Positions 48,060 through 60,929 of a stretch of DNA of 64,000 nucleotides are shown here, piece after piece (positions within the stretch are counted from its first letter, which is position 1; each line of letters opens with the position of its first letter). The translations under genes and the position numbers were made by a program. The notes under the pieces were generated by a model that had not been told where the DNA came from, made no database searches, and was given only the letters and a program-made list of their open reading frames with translations. The stretch covers positions 493,150 through 557,149 of the forward strand of contig NW_003314373.1 in assembly GCF_000143415.4 (NCBI RefSeq). Reading direction: 5' to 3'. Origin of the DNA: Selaginella moellendorffii. Taxonomy: Eukaryota > Plantae > Lycopodiophyta.

Positions 48060-51000
48060 ATGTCCGCAGATGGAAATTCCGGGAGAGATCGGCTTCTTTC
48101 TCGGATGGGATCCTCAGGGCTGGCTGTTTTGCTCGACAGCGGCAGCAAGGAATCCCTGGTCACAGCTGCGGCGTGCATGGTAGACGAGTGCACGCGCTCC
48201 ACGCTCGATCGATCCATCGCGTTCGTCCTAGATTACTCCAGCGAGGTGGTCGAGCAGCAGCCTCGGTTCGTCGTCGGCGATAGCAAGATAGATTCCTCCA
48301 GCATCCAGCTCCACCTCCAGTCCCGCCTCGCCGCATTGGGTTCCAGTTCTAGCACCGATGTCTCGGCCAGCTACAAGGATGGTGTTTTCATCGAAGGGAG
48401 TAGCGACCCTCTCTCGGGGGTCGTCAGGATGGACAAAGGGAGACCCTCTGGAGATATCAAGCTTTCCAAGAGCTCCTTGTTGCTGGAGAGTCAGGCCATC
48501 TTTAGCAGCGCTCGAGCAAACGCTTGCGTGTGGAGGGGGAAGTGGATGTACGAGGTGACCTTGGGCACGGCGGGGATCCAGCAGCTGGGATGGGCGACCA
48601 TCTCTTGTCCCTTCACGGACTCCGAGGGCGTTGGAGACGCCAGTGACTCGTATGCTTACGATGGTCGACGAGTGAAAAAGTGGAGTGGGAAGAGCCAGAC
48701 GTATGGCGAGCCTTGGGTGGTCGGGGACGTAATCGGCTGCTGCATCGATCTGGAACAGGGGCAGATTTTCTTCTACCGGAATGGGACGTCGCTGGGGATG
48801 GCTTACGACTGTGTGAGGAGGATGGAGGTCAAGCAGGGGTACTATCCGGCTATCTCTCTCTCGCACGGAGAGCGCTGCGAGCTCAACTTTGGCGGTCGGC
48901 CTTTTAGATATCCAATCGCGGGGTTCTTGCCGCTGCAAGCACCGCCGCTGGACACTTCTGGTACCAACAAGCACGGCTCCGTGATCGTCAAAGCCAAGTA
49001 TCTGTTTGGATGCTTACAAAAGCTTGTCCAGCTTGGGAGCCCAGAGGTGGCGGCGGCCATGGCTCCCGCGGAAAGGCTGCGGAGGTTTACTCCACTTCCT
49101 GACGAGCAGTTTCGTGTTGTCGGCACTGAGATCTGCAAGATACTTTGCGAGCTGCTGCAGCAAAGCAGTAAAGCGGAGTACGTTGTCTGGGGAGCGCTGG
49201 TTCCTTTCCTCATGACAACTTACAGGCCTGGAGCACCGCACGACGGTCACAGTGTGGATCGAGCTCTTGACTTGCTGATGCCGATGCTGGGGCAGGCTTA
49301 CTTTGGTACGATCGTTCTTCAGATCATCGAGTGCCTGGCGTATGGGTGCCGGACTTCGCCCCTGGTGTTGGCCGACTCTCCGTTTAGCGCCTCGTACTCG
49401 CATTTGGCACTGGCCTGTCATCTACTTCAGCGTGACGACTTCATGGTCATCTGGTGGAAATCTGACGACTTTGAGTCCTGCTTGGAGGGGCTGCTGACGA
49501 GAAAGGGGCCTAACAAGTACGACTTGGAGAGCCTTATACCCACCGTATGGTGGCCGGGTTCCCGTGAAGAACATCCTTTCTCGGAGAGCAACATGAGGCA
49601 GATCGTCATTGCTTTATCTCGTGCAATATCCAGGGTAAGTCAGTAGCATGCATGGTTTTCTTGCTCTGGAACTAACGTGGCCATCACTTTTTTTTTTCTT
49701 TTCAGATCGAGGACTTGCACTTCGATCTGTGTAACCGGCTGGTTGCTTTTGACACGAAGTCGAATGCTACCGGTTCTATATTCAGAACGTTTTTGCAACA
49801 CCTTGTTCTGAAGAACCGTGGGGCACACAGAAACATGCCGCCGCCGGGTCTCTCCGACAACTCGGTCTTGGTTTCGGTGTACACTGTACTCTTGCGGTAC
49901 CTTTCGGAGGGTCTCGACTCGACAGGGGATGGCCATGGAAGCTGCGTGCCGTTCCTGCACAAGGGAGGAAAGCACAGCTTTCCGGTATCTCTGTTTGTGA
50001 GCTCGGACCCCTGCTTGAACGATTTCGCCCGCCTTGGTGGAACCTACAGCTATCTTACGAAGACATGTCCTCTCAGCTCAATCGAATGCGAAGAAGTTGA
50101 GTGGGAAGAAAGCAGTATGGACAAGCAGGAAACTAGATACGGACACGATGCTGGGTTGAAAAAGCCATGTTGCTGCATGGACGGTGGTGCAGGTTCCATC
50201 GACAGTGGTAACGGTAAGGTTCTATCGAAAGGCTTGGAAACACGCTTCAGTGGCTCCAGTAACAAAGTTAGCGAGACTACGTGTCCTTTGTCGCCAACTG
50301 ACGCAGAGAGGAGCTATGATGGGGATATGGAAAGCAAGGCTAGCTCCAGTGGAAGGGTCGAGCCTGCCACCAGCACGGCCTCATTGCTACAGAAGGCCAA
50401 GAAGGTGTTCATGTCGGTAAAGGAGCTGTCATCTGCGGTACGAGAGGAAGAGTTGCTGGATAAGATGGTGTTGCTCTACCATCTTGGAGTGACTCAGAAT
50501 TTCAAGCAGGTCTGTTCTTGGTCCTTTTGGTTCTCATTCAAATGTTTTAATGTTTTTGTCTGCAGGCTTCTTATCACATGCAGCATCAGATACAACTGAT
50601 GGCTCAGCTCGATGAGACGGATCGTCAAATCCGTAGCGATAAGACCTCCGTTGACCAGACAAAGCGCTTGAAAGAAGCGAGAGCTATATTCAAAGAGGAT
50701 CTTATTGACTATGTACGACAATGTACCTGGTATTTTGGCTTTCTCCCGAGTATATGTGGTTTCATTGCCTTTACGATCTTTCCAGCGACAAGTGCTTACA
50801 GTGCGTTTCTTTCGCAGGTACCGCGTCTGCTTGCTTTCTAAATGGAAGCAAAGGGGAATGTATGCGACTTGCATGTGGGTAGCACAGCTCCTCGTTACGA
50901 TCAGCAAGAAAGATGCTTGCTTCAGCTATGTTCCAGAGTTTTACATAGAGACACTGGTGAGCATAACATGCTTTGATTTCGTGTGAGACTTATTTTGTTG

Positions 51001-52691
51001 ATTCTGTTTTGGTTAGGTGGATTGCTTTCACGCGCTGCGAAGGAGCGACCCGCTTTATGTTCCTCCTTCATCCCTCCTTCAACATGGCTTGTCGTCGTTT
51101 GTAAGTATTTCCTTGTTTCTTTTGGAACAAATTTCTAACGAGAGCCTTCAGGTTACGTTCCTCGTGACACATTTTCACGACTCCCGAATAGTGAATGCGG
51201 AGATAAGGGATTTTCTCCTCCAGTCTATTTCCGTTCTAGTACAGTTTAAGGAGTATTTAGTAGCTATCGAAGCTTGCAAGGCAGCAGAGGACACGATGGC
51301 TGGCGCTCTTTTATCGGCCTTCGACAACAGGTTTTGGATTCCGGTGTCCAACATTCTGTTGCGCCTTTGTAAAGGCTCGGGTTTTGGAACTTCCAAGTCC
51401 AGCCACGGTGACTCTTGTTCTCCGTTCTTTCAGGTAGACACGTTTCGTTTTGTTTTCCTGGCGATCTAAAGTTCTGGTGTGGCTTTGTTTCTGCAGCGGC
51501 TGTTGCGCGAGAAATGCTTGAAGGACGAGAAGCTGTTCGCCTCTTTCCTGAACCGCCTCTTTAATACATTGAATTGGACAGTCAGCGAGTTCTCCGTCTC
51601 TATCAAGGAGATGCACGACCATGACCACCGGCAGGTTACTCATACTAAAAGTTTTTGTTTTGTTCTTCTGGTGCAACTGATTAACTTGTCCGCTGTGACC
51701 AGGTTCCAGAATTTCAACAAAGAAAATGTGCAATAATGTTCGAGCTTTCGTGCAACCTGGAAAGAATACTGGAGTTCTTTACGAAGGAGCTGCCACAAGT
51801 TTTCCTGGTTGGTCCGGAAATGAACATCATCCGGCTTTGTGAGCTGGTTCTATTTGTGCTCAACCACACCACCTCAAACACGGCAGGCGAGCTGTTCGAC
51901 AGGTACGTTATCTCGCGTTGGCTCTCCTCGCGAGTTGTTCACCTCTCTGCGTCTCATGCAGCACCATAAAGCAGCAGGGTCAGTCGCTAGAGAAGGTCAA
52001 CCGCGCCACCATCCTCGCTCCCGTGGTGGGCATCGTGTTGAATCTCTCCGCCGCCACAGACCCTGCTGGCCACAGAATGGAACACGATATCGCGCGGTCA
52101 ATCGCCAGCGTCGATGTCTCCTCGGTCGCCACCAGGAACTTCCAGTATTTATTTGACTACGATTGGGTAAGCTTTGCTTTTTTTTGTGTGTGTTTGTTTT
52201 CCTCGTCACAAGCTAATCGTGTGACCACTCCCACCACAGTTGGGCACGTTCAAAGGGGATCCTTCGCTCGCAAGGCTGTCGGACCTTAACATATTTATTG
52301 AGAAGCTCAAGACGGAGTACGCGGAGGCCAGGAAGCGAGCGTGCAAGGCCGAGGCGGAGCTCATCACTAGACACAGTAAAGGAGGTACTTTCCTCTGTTT
52401 TGCTCTTTCTTCTTGTTCACGGCCTTGATATGCACAGATGATTTCGAGCTTGGAAATGCAGACAAAGCCGGGGGCGGAGGAGAGCTGTGCAGCATTTGCT
52501 ATGCGTGCGAGGAGAACGCCGTGTTCCTTCCCTGCAAGCACAGGTCATGCGTGCGCTGCGTCTCTCGTCACCTCCTAAACAACCAGCGCTGCTTCTTCTG
52601 CAACGCGGCCATCTGCGAAGTCTGCCCATACGAGGAGCCTTTGTCGCCTCTAAGCGGCGGCGGCCTCAAAGGTGGGGACGTGAATTCCTAG
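48060..52691 (+). CDS. RKP: E3 ubiquitin ligase RKP (KPC1/RNF123 homologue), SPRY plus RING, multi-exon
   Basis: SSGLAVLL N-terminus, SPRY domain (FSSARANACVWRGKWMYEV..QLGWAT..SYAYDG), YVPEFYIE, and C-terminal CSICY..PCKHRSC..C..CFFC RING. Confidence 0.93.
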
Positions 52692-52798
52692 CGATCAAAT
52701 CGCTCGCTTCCTATAGGTGCCATTCTTGGAGAAACGCTGTAAATTATTCCTTTTGTCTCTCTGGTAGCAAAGCTCTGTAAATTCCAGCCTTGGTTTGC

Positions 52799-53731
52799 TC
52801 AGACGTTGTAGTTGTCGACGTACCACTTGTAAGTCTCGGTCAGCCCCTCGCGGAGAGTGATCCTTGGCTTCCACCCCAGGGTCGCGAGCTTGGAGCTGTC
52901 CATGAGCTTCCGGGGAGTTCCATCCGGCTTGGAAGCATCCCACTTGAGCTCCCCTGGAAAGCCCACCACCTCTTTCACCATCTCCGCGAGCTCCTTGATG
53001 CTAACTTCCGAGCCACTGCCCATGTTGATGTGTGGAACGTCGCTGTACTTGTCCATCAAGAACACGGCCGCGTCCGCGAGGTCGTCGACGTGGAGAAACT
53101 CTCGCAGCGGCGATCCCGTCCCCCACACCACCACCTCCTTGGCTCCATTCACCTTGGCCTCGTGGAACCGGCGGATCAAGGCCGGAAGAACGTGAGAGTT
53201 CTCGGGATGGAAGTTGTCGTGAGGGCCGTAGAGATTGGTCGGCATTCCGGAGATGGCGTCCCACTTGTGCTGGATCCTGTAAGCCTGGCACATCTTGATT
53301 CCCGCGATCTTGGCCACCGCGTACCACTCGTTTGTCGGCTCCAGCGGACCCGTCAAGAGAGCTTCCTCGGTGATTGGCTGGGGAGCAAACTTTGGATAGA
53401 TGCACGACGATCCCAGGAACAAGAGCTTGGCCACGCCGCTCCGGTACGCGGCATCGATCACGTTGGTCTGGATCTGCAAGTTGATCCCGATGAAATCGGC
53501 CGGATACGTGTTGTTGGCGTGGATCCCTCCCACTTTGGCCGCGGCCACTATCACATACTTGGGCTTTTCCTTGTGGAAGAAATCCTCCACGGCCTCCTGT
53601 CTCGTGAGATCCAATTCCTTGTGGCTTCTCAGCAGCAGGCGGCTGAATCCTTCCTTCTCCAGCCGCTGGACGATCGCGGCTCCGACGAGACCGCGGTGGC
53701 CGGCAACGAAGATCTTCGCGTCCTTGTCCAT
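52799..53731 (-). CDS. GER1: GDP-L-fucose synthase, intronless
   Basis: [48 protein letters not shown] and DGTPRKLMD. Confidence 0.96.
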   Translation of the reverse strand: MDKDAKIFVAGHRGLVGAAIVQRLEKEGFSRLLLRSHKELDLTRQEAVEDFFHKEKPKYVIVAAAKVGGIHANNTYPADFIGINLQIQTNVIDAAYRSGVAKLLFLGSSCIYPKFAPQPITEEALLTGPLEPTNEWYAVAKIAGIKMCQAYRIQHKWDAISGMPTNLYGPHDNFHPENSHVLPALIRRFHEAKVNGAKEVVVWGTGSPLREFLHVDDLADAAVFLMDKYSDVPHINMGSGSEVSIKELAEMVKEVVGFPGELKWDASKPDGTPRKLMDSSKLATLGWKPRITLREGLTETYKWYVDNYNV

Positions 53732-54182
53732 CGCCTTCTGGAAATGCGGCGTGAAATCCTTGGCGCTGCGATGGCGCTAGCTAGAGAAGAGAGGATTTTA
53801 CCTGGGAAACAAGAGATCGCAGCTCCTGCCCGCGATCTAGACGCGCATTCTCTAGTTTCTCCTCCACAAGAAATTCCACGCCCTAAACTATAAAAAAAAG
53901 TAGTTAAAACCTAACCCAGGGTTAAAGACTTATTGGACCCTTCGCTTTAATAGCACAAATTAAATGGATGAAAACAAAGCTCAAAGAATAGAATTTTTTG
54001 TTCTTTTTTCTTTCGGTCACGTTCTATCTCGCTACAAGCTAAGCTGCGATAGTAAGAAGTGTCTCCCCTGATCAAAGAAATCGAAGCTCCAGACCTCTGG
54101 TATAACATATGTTTGTTCTTCGTGGTGTTGGGTGATGGCTATAGATAAAAGTTCCTGGCCTGGAGCTCGCGGCTTCTTTGGA

Positions 54183-55785
54183 TCAAAAGGATGGATTACT
54201 TGGCTGACTTACGGCGATTGGAGAGCCTTCCGACTTGACGAAGGCTCCCATGTAGTTCCCCCGCGGGAGGAACTCGGGGTGAGCTCCTGGCTGCTGCTGC
54301 TGCTGCTGCGGCTGAGACGGTGGTGAGCGCTGCGATTGTTGCTGCTGTTGGCTGTCGATCGCGTTCTGTGCCTGCTGCTGGAGCTGCTGGAGCTGCTGCA
54401 TCTGGAAGTACTGCGCGTTGATCGACAGCTGCTGCTGCTGGCCCCCCGGGCCTGTAAGTTGGCCAGTGGCCAACTTCAGCCTTTGGACTTCCTCCTTGAG
54501 TGCATCGTTTAAAGCTGGAGGGAGAAACACACAAACTATCAGTTTATCTGATGAAACGTGGAATGTGCTTCCTACCGTCTCGGAGCTGTCCTTGTTGCTC
54601 CATGGCGGTTAGCCGAAGTTTCAGTTCGTTGTTCTCTGTGGTCAGCCCCGTTGTATCCCGCTGCCACCACGAAGCGGAAGTGTGAGAGGAGAAGAAAGAA
54701 ACAAGTTTTACCTGAAGCATCGTCAACTGAGCCGATAGTGTTGTGGCTTCCGTCTGGAGCGTTTGTACTTTACGCTCCAGCTCGGAGATGTAACGCATCT
54801 TGCGCTCCTTCGAGCGAGCAGCTGACTGCCGGTTTGCAAGTATTCTGCAGCAGAGAAAGAGAAAGCAGCTTAGCCATGTGATCATTCTAGGAAACGAGGA
54901 CAGAAAGCTCTACCTTTTTGGCTCGCTTTGGATCAATAAGAGCAAGCTCGGCAAGCTTGCTGGCCGCAAGAGCCTTCTTCGCCTCGGTGCTGTCCGACCT
55001 CCGAGTTTAAAAAGTCACTTTTGAAAGAATCCATCGAGTTGCTGTGATGGTGTCTTGGACGACGCGGCTCCGAGTTGGAGTTGCTGCCAGCCGGCCCTCC
55101 GGCATTGAAAGAAGCAAGCACTCCATCCGTGCACAGGCTCCGAGAATGGTGGTGCTTGGTGGCTGGACCCATCCGACTTAGTGGGAGTTGCGNNNNNNNN
55201 NNNNNNNNNNNNNNNNNNNNNNNNNNNNNNNNNNNNNNNNNNNNNNNNNNNNNNNNNNNNNNNNNNNNNNNNNNNNNNNNNNNNNNNNNNNNTGATCTTC
55301 TCCATGTCGATGTACATGTTGAAGAGATCCTCCCCGGCCTCGTCCGAGAGCGCAGGCATTGCCGGGCTCTGGAGTCCAAGCTCTCGCTCGAAGGACGCAT
55401 CGTCGGGCAGACAAAACGTGATCTCCGACTGAGCGCGGCGATGGCCGCGAGGCCGAGGTGGAGCGTCCGGCATACGGTTCACATCCGTGCTGAAGCTGTG
55501 AGCCGGGCTTGGAGCTTTAAGAGGACCACTCACGCTCGAGTTGCCGGGAGAAGTCACAGCGTCGTGCATGGTTACGTCTTTGGACACGGACACGAGCGAG
55601 GAGTCCGAGAGCGTCGGCGAGGCCTCCTGCTTGACCGAGAAGCCATGATTGTTTGAAGATGGGTAGCCCACATAGCGCGAGTGAGACGGCAGTGATGACC
55701 CAGAATTCCCATTCGCAGAGTTCTTGGCGAAATCCGACTGGAGCCGCTCTACAAATGCCTCATACCCATCGCCCAGCCCCTCCAT
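54183..55785 (-). CDS. Group I bZIP transcription factor (RF2a/PosF21/VIP1-like), multi-exon, interrupted by an assembly gap
   Basis: [80 protein letters not shown] and a Gln-rich tail. Confidence 0.92.
55193..55292. other. Assembly gap (100 N)
   Basis: Run of N. Confidence 1.
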
Positions 55786-58480
55786 TCCCCCTCCCCCTTG
55801 TGTCTCTTCCCTGTTCTTCCCTGTTCTTCCTGTTTATTTCCTGTTCTACTCTAAAAAACTCTATTCCTTCGTTTAACACCTGGGAATCCGTCAAGACGGT
55901 CTAGCTTCCGTGCTCGGGGAGAAGGAAATCCACTCAGCCCTGCTTGAAATCGATGCTCCTGGCTCCTGGCACAGAATCTCCTGGAAGAAAAATGCCTGTT
56001 ACTCCAAATCCCAAAGATCTACTCCATGCAAGGGCAATAGAATCAAGAATGCAGCTCCTGCCACGACCTAAATCCTCCCAGGCACGCCAGGAAAGCGCGA
56101 ATGCGGCGCAAGGATGCACAAAACACTCGCAAATTCACTCCAAATACCGCTTACCTGGCCGCTGGAATCCCCCGAGATGCATCGAGGAGGCCGGATTGGA
56201 GCCCAACCCTCCCGCAGCTTTTGCGCGATCGATCTGTCGCTCACACAACACCCCTCCAAGGAGCCGCCGTGATGGAGATTATCACTGCCCTAAGCTATGC
56301 TCTAGATCCCTTGCTCTCTATGCTTGCGTAGTCGGGGGGGGGGCCGGCTGGCTATGGCGCTATCACAAAATGTTCTCTCTTTCTCTTGGCTAAAGCAAAA
56401 TGTAAGCTATTGACGGGAAGGAGTTAATCTCGCCCGTCTATTACATGCATCCGACCGAGCAGTTTGAGCCACGTCAGAGAGGCCGTCAAGATTTTCAGTG
56501 GCCCAGATCCGTCCACGCTATCCATAACCAACCGTCTGATCTAGCCCAGGGCAGTAAAAGTCTTACGCGGAAAGTGCCAAGTGACGTGTCGCCATCATCT
56601 ACGTCCGATGGGTATCGAAACGAGATGCCGGTGCCAAGCTTGGGGCATATTCTGTCCGCGTCTCACCCAAATGGATGGTGTCACGTGGGTCGTCAGGGAA
56701 TATTTCTTGTTTGTAGTTAGGATGCGGTTGGCTGCTCGACACGATGTTAAGGTAATGCCGCCACCTTTGATCCAATTTTAGGGTTCTTACTTCTTCCGCC
56801 CAAGAACATTGACTGGATCATAATTCCACCCAGAAAAGTATTAATTTTTAACAATCGCTCGTGCATGCATGTGCCAAACGCCCCAGTGTCAACTCCCGTA
56901 GTAGAAAAATCCGGAAGTAAAGGTTTAAAATGGTCTCGAAGCTGAACAACGTTTTCTTCACTCAAAACTTCATTTTATTGTTCTCAAATTCCTTTGTTAT
57001 ACATCATCTTGCACCTCAAGAATGAATGCATAATCTAGCACTGCTATCTAGAAACCTTGCTTTTGGATTCCTTTTCAAGCAAGAAGAGCAAGGTGGAAAA
57101 AGAGAAGGAATTTCTTCTCAAGCTGGTCATTTCACAAGATTTTAAGGGCACAAGTGGTTGTAAACACAATAATGTATGTAATTATTCGTATTGTATCATG
57201 TCATAAATTATCAGTTCACTTCAAGTTCATTTTTTTTGTCTAGTTAATGCAAAACCAAATGCTTTGTCACCAATTGAGATTCACACATCCATAAACTTTA
57301 AGATCCAGTTGGACGCTTCAAGACCCTCAAAAACATGTATTATTATTCTTTGCCAAGGACTTCAAATCTTACAAGCTTGCATACATGACAATCTCTTTCT
57401 CATACTTGTACTTGATAGGCTTGCACTGTAGTAATTAGAGGAGTTCATGAATGCCGAGAAAGAATAAAAGATTTTGGTGCTCTAGCTCCTCAAGCCACAT
57501 TTTACTACATTATATTTGTTAAAAGCCACTTAATTAGTCATCCACAAAAAAAAGATAAAATCCTAGAACACATAGACATGTGAGTTTAGCTGAAGTATTG
57601 TTTATGAAGTTTATGAAGAATGCAATGAGAAGATGGAGGCATGAGACCATAATGCAATGGATACAAATTGAAAATTTTATCACTTTTAGTCCCTTTAGTC
57701 TTTAGTTCTAGGTACTCACATCTTTTGCTAATACCAAAGCTACTTTTGCTTTTCCAATTGAACACTGAGATATAAAGCAATGGTGACTAATACCTCAATG
57801 ACATTTTATACTTTTACTTTCATGAATGGAAATAATCAGGATCAAAAGAGTGAATTGAAATACTGAGAGTTGAAAAAACAGAAAATAAAAAAAAAACAAA
57901 AGAAATTAAACATAGGTAGAAGGAAATGAAATAGAAGTTAAAAACATGGAAGATGTAATAAGGGAAATAATTTAAAAGTCCCATTTGATTGATCTCACTC
58001 TAAAGTTTATACCTTAATAATATAAATCTTGAATTGATTTAACTTAGCACTATTAATAATCCTCATCTTGAAACCAGCATATTTCTATCCATTACTAAAC
58101 TTGATTTTGCTATGTAGTGTAACTAAAAATCATAATATACAATTAAAAACTTAAGTTTGTATTATATAAAATTTTGCAAGATTTGCAAACAAGATTTGTA
58201 AACTAGAGAAAGCTAGAATATATGACTTTGCTCCTTTTATTTTACGATTTAATTACAGTCTATTTCTTTGATGAGATTTTAACATTTATTAGGTTGAGAA
58301 TATTGACTATATGCCTATATTTACAAATAGATAAGGTATAAATTACAATTTATAAAGTCCTAGTGTACAGATGTAAAGTCCAGATGTATAACTATGATAT
58401 TGTATACTATTATTAATGTAATGGGATTTTGGCAGCTATCATATTGATTTCAATTTAGACCACTTGCTTTTGTATATAAG

Positions 58481-60595
58481 TGTGAGGCACAAATCCCTAA
58501 ACCCCAAAGTGGAGCAGAAAGGGTGTTATATGGTAGTGGTCAAAGTAGAAGTCTAACAAGCGTAACATGTTTGGATCAAAAGCTCCGATTTAGAAAATTG
58601 AGAGTGGGAGTGGAACTCGTGCTCAAAGGATGAGCACGAAGCAATTGATGAATGAATCTCTAAAAAAGGACACAAAAAGGACTGACATATGGAAGTGTTA
58701 GGAATGAGTCCAAAAAGAAGTCCAAGAAGGAGTTCAAGATAAAGTCCAATATAGACCCAAGATAAAGTCTAAAATAGAGTTTGATATGGACGTGAGATGG
58801 ACTCAATATAAACCCAAGATGGAAGCCAAGATGGAGTTTAAGATGGACCCAAGATGAAGTTCGAGATGGAGTCTCATATGAACCCGAGGTGGACTTGAGA
58901 TAGACTCCGAGATGGACCCGAGATGGACCTGAGATGGAATCTAATATGGACCCGAGATGGACTTGAGATGAAGTCCGAGATAGACCCAAGATGGATTCTG
59001 AGGTCGAATCTGAGATGGACATGAGATGGAGTTTGAGATTGAGACTGAGATCAAGATCGAGACCGAGACCGAGATGGAGTCCGAGACCAAGACTAAGACC
59101 GAGACTAAGACCGAGACTAAGTCCGAGTCCGAGTCCAAGTCTGAGTCCAAGTCCAAGTTCGAGTCCAAGGGTGAAAGCCTAAAGCGATTGTCTCCCAGAT
59201 TTGGTGAGCTCTAAAAGTACAATAAAGGGAAAACTCCAGTGGAGCCAATTTGGCCAAAAAAGGCTAATGTTACCAAGGAAGGCTATACCCATGTGTTAGG
59301 TGATAATATAACCATTGAGGAGTCTAAAGTTAGAGTGAATATAAATAGACACTACAAACGAAGTGATTGAAATGAATGAGTGATATCGAAATGAATTATG
59401 AATGAAGTGCTCAAAAAATGAGTATGAAGTGATTAATGAATGCATCTCTAAAAAGGGAAACAAGAAGGATTGACACATGGCAAGTGTCAGGATTGAGTTC
59501 GAGATGAAGTCCAAGATGAAGCCTAAGGTCAAGTCCAAGATAGAGATTGAGACCAAGTCTGAAATCAAGGGCAAAACCAAAACCGAGACTGAGAGCAAGT
59601 TTGAGTCCAAAGACTAATATAAGTCAAGGGTGAAAGCCTAGAGAGGGGGGGTGGGGGTGGGTGCAAGGGGTTCCAAAAGTATAGTAGGGAGAGTGTGGGG
59701 GTAGTGGAATTAGTTTAGCCAAGAAAGACTATTATAACTCAAGAAGGTTATACCTATGTGTTAAGTGACAATATAACCATTGAGGAGTCTAAAGCTAGAG
59801 TGCATACAAACGAATAAATAAAGTAGCTTGGTGAAGTGTTCAAATGTTAGCTCTAGCTCCTTCGGGAGATCAAATGGTCGATGCTCCCAATGCAAGTGTG
59901 AGTGGCACTACCTACTTGGATACTTAGTGTGGCTTATTGGAACCTTGCTCTAACATCATGGCTAGGGCACACAAAAATGGAAGGTGGGGAGAGTACTTAT
60001 AAGGCTTGCATAAGAGTATAGTGTTTCGAAATATCATTTTAGAATCCCAAACTATGGAAAGTAGACCTTTAGTATGGTGACCAAGAATATGGTCACATGG
60101 TGAGGAAGTCCCAAAAGTTAGTGGGCCTTTAAGCCTTGATTCAGTGGCAATATTGGCAAACACAACCATGAATGAAAAGGGATTTGGTGGGGATTGAAAA
60201 AGGGACATTAGGGAAGGGTGTTCCCTTTATTTCTAGGCACCCTAAAGGTGGTAAGGTGTAGTCAAGGGATGACCATTCATGAAAGGATGGCCTAGTCTTT
60301 AAGAGACAATATTGTGATGTAGGTGGTCTTGGACCACCGAAGTGACAAGTGTGAAGGGAATAACCTAAGTATAATGGGCTAATATGTCAATGGTACTTTT
60401 GGGTGTTAGTCATGGGATTGGACACATAAAGCACTTGGACTAAATGCAAAGGATAAGTGATATAAAAGCCATTTACAAGGCTAATATGTCCCCAAATCAA
60501 GAATAAAATTTATGGAGGTTGTGAGTGAAATTCCTCCAAGTAGTTAAAGTTGTGGTTAAGTAACTAAAGTAGAATGGAAAATTTAATGGCTTACA
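58481..60595. mobile_element. Older LTR family B copy with internal duplication
   Basis: Termini TGTGAGGC...GGCTTACA. Collinear with 5986-7649, with a segment re-duplicated at about 59350-59810. No matching TSD. Confidence 0.85.
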
Positions 60596-60929
60596 AAGAG
60601 CTAAATGGGGGGGAAGGGAGTTAGACCCTCTTTTTCAATCAGTTAAGGGCCTTGGGATATCTGGAAATACCAAATTCAAGAGCTTACATTTGGTATTGGA
60701 ATGATTTCAATTTAACTCTATTAATTGGCTAAGGGAATTACACTATATATTGAGATTGATATTTGAAAAGTTTAATTTTCCTTTGGTTGAGATTGACCCA
60801 AGGGGTAAGGCATTAAGAGAGTGGGGTTTTAGGAGAGATATAACTTTCAACTTCCATTCGCAAGGATGTGAACTTGCAAATAAGCATAGTGGATTATAAA
60901 TAACTATAAAGAATTACTCAAGAGATGCC

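Noticed and set aside
52790-53893. Long antisense ORFs over GER1, VTC1, RKP, PPR and PPO
   Set aside because: These are shadow frames of GC3-rich coding sequence.
55934-56393. Conserved-peptide uORF upstream of the bZIP
   Set aside because: No resemblance to uORF peptides I recognise, and conservation cannot be tested here.
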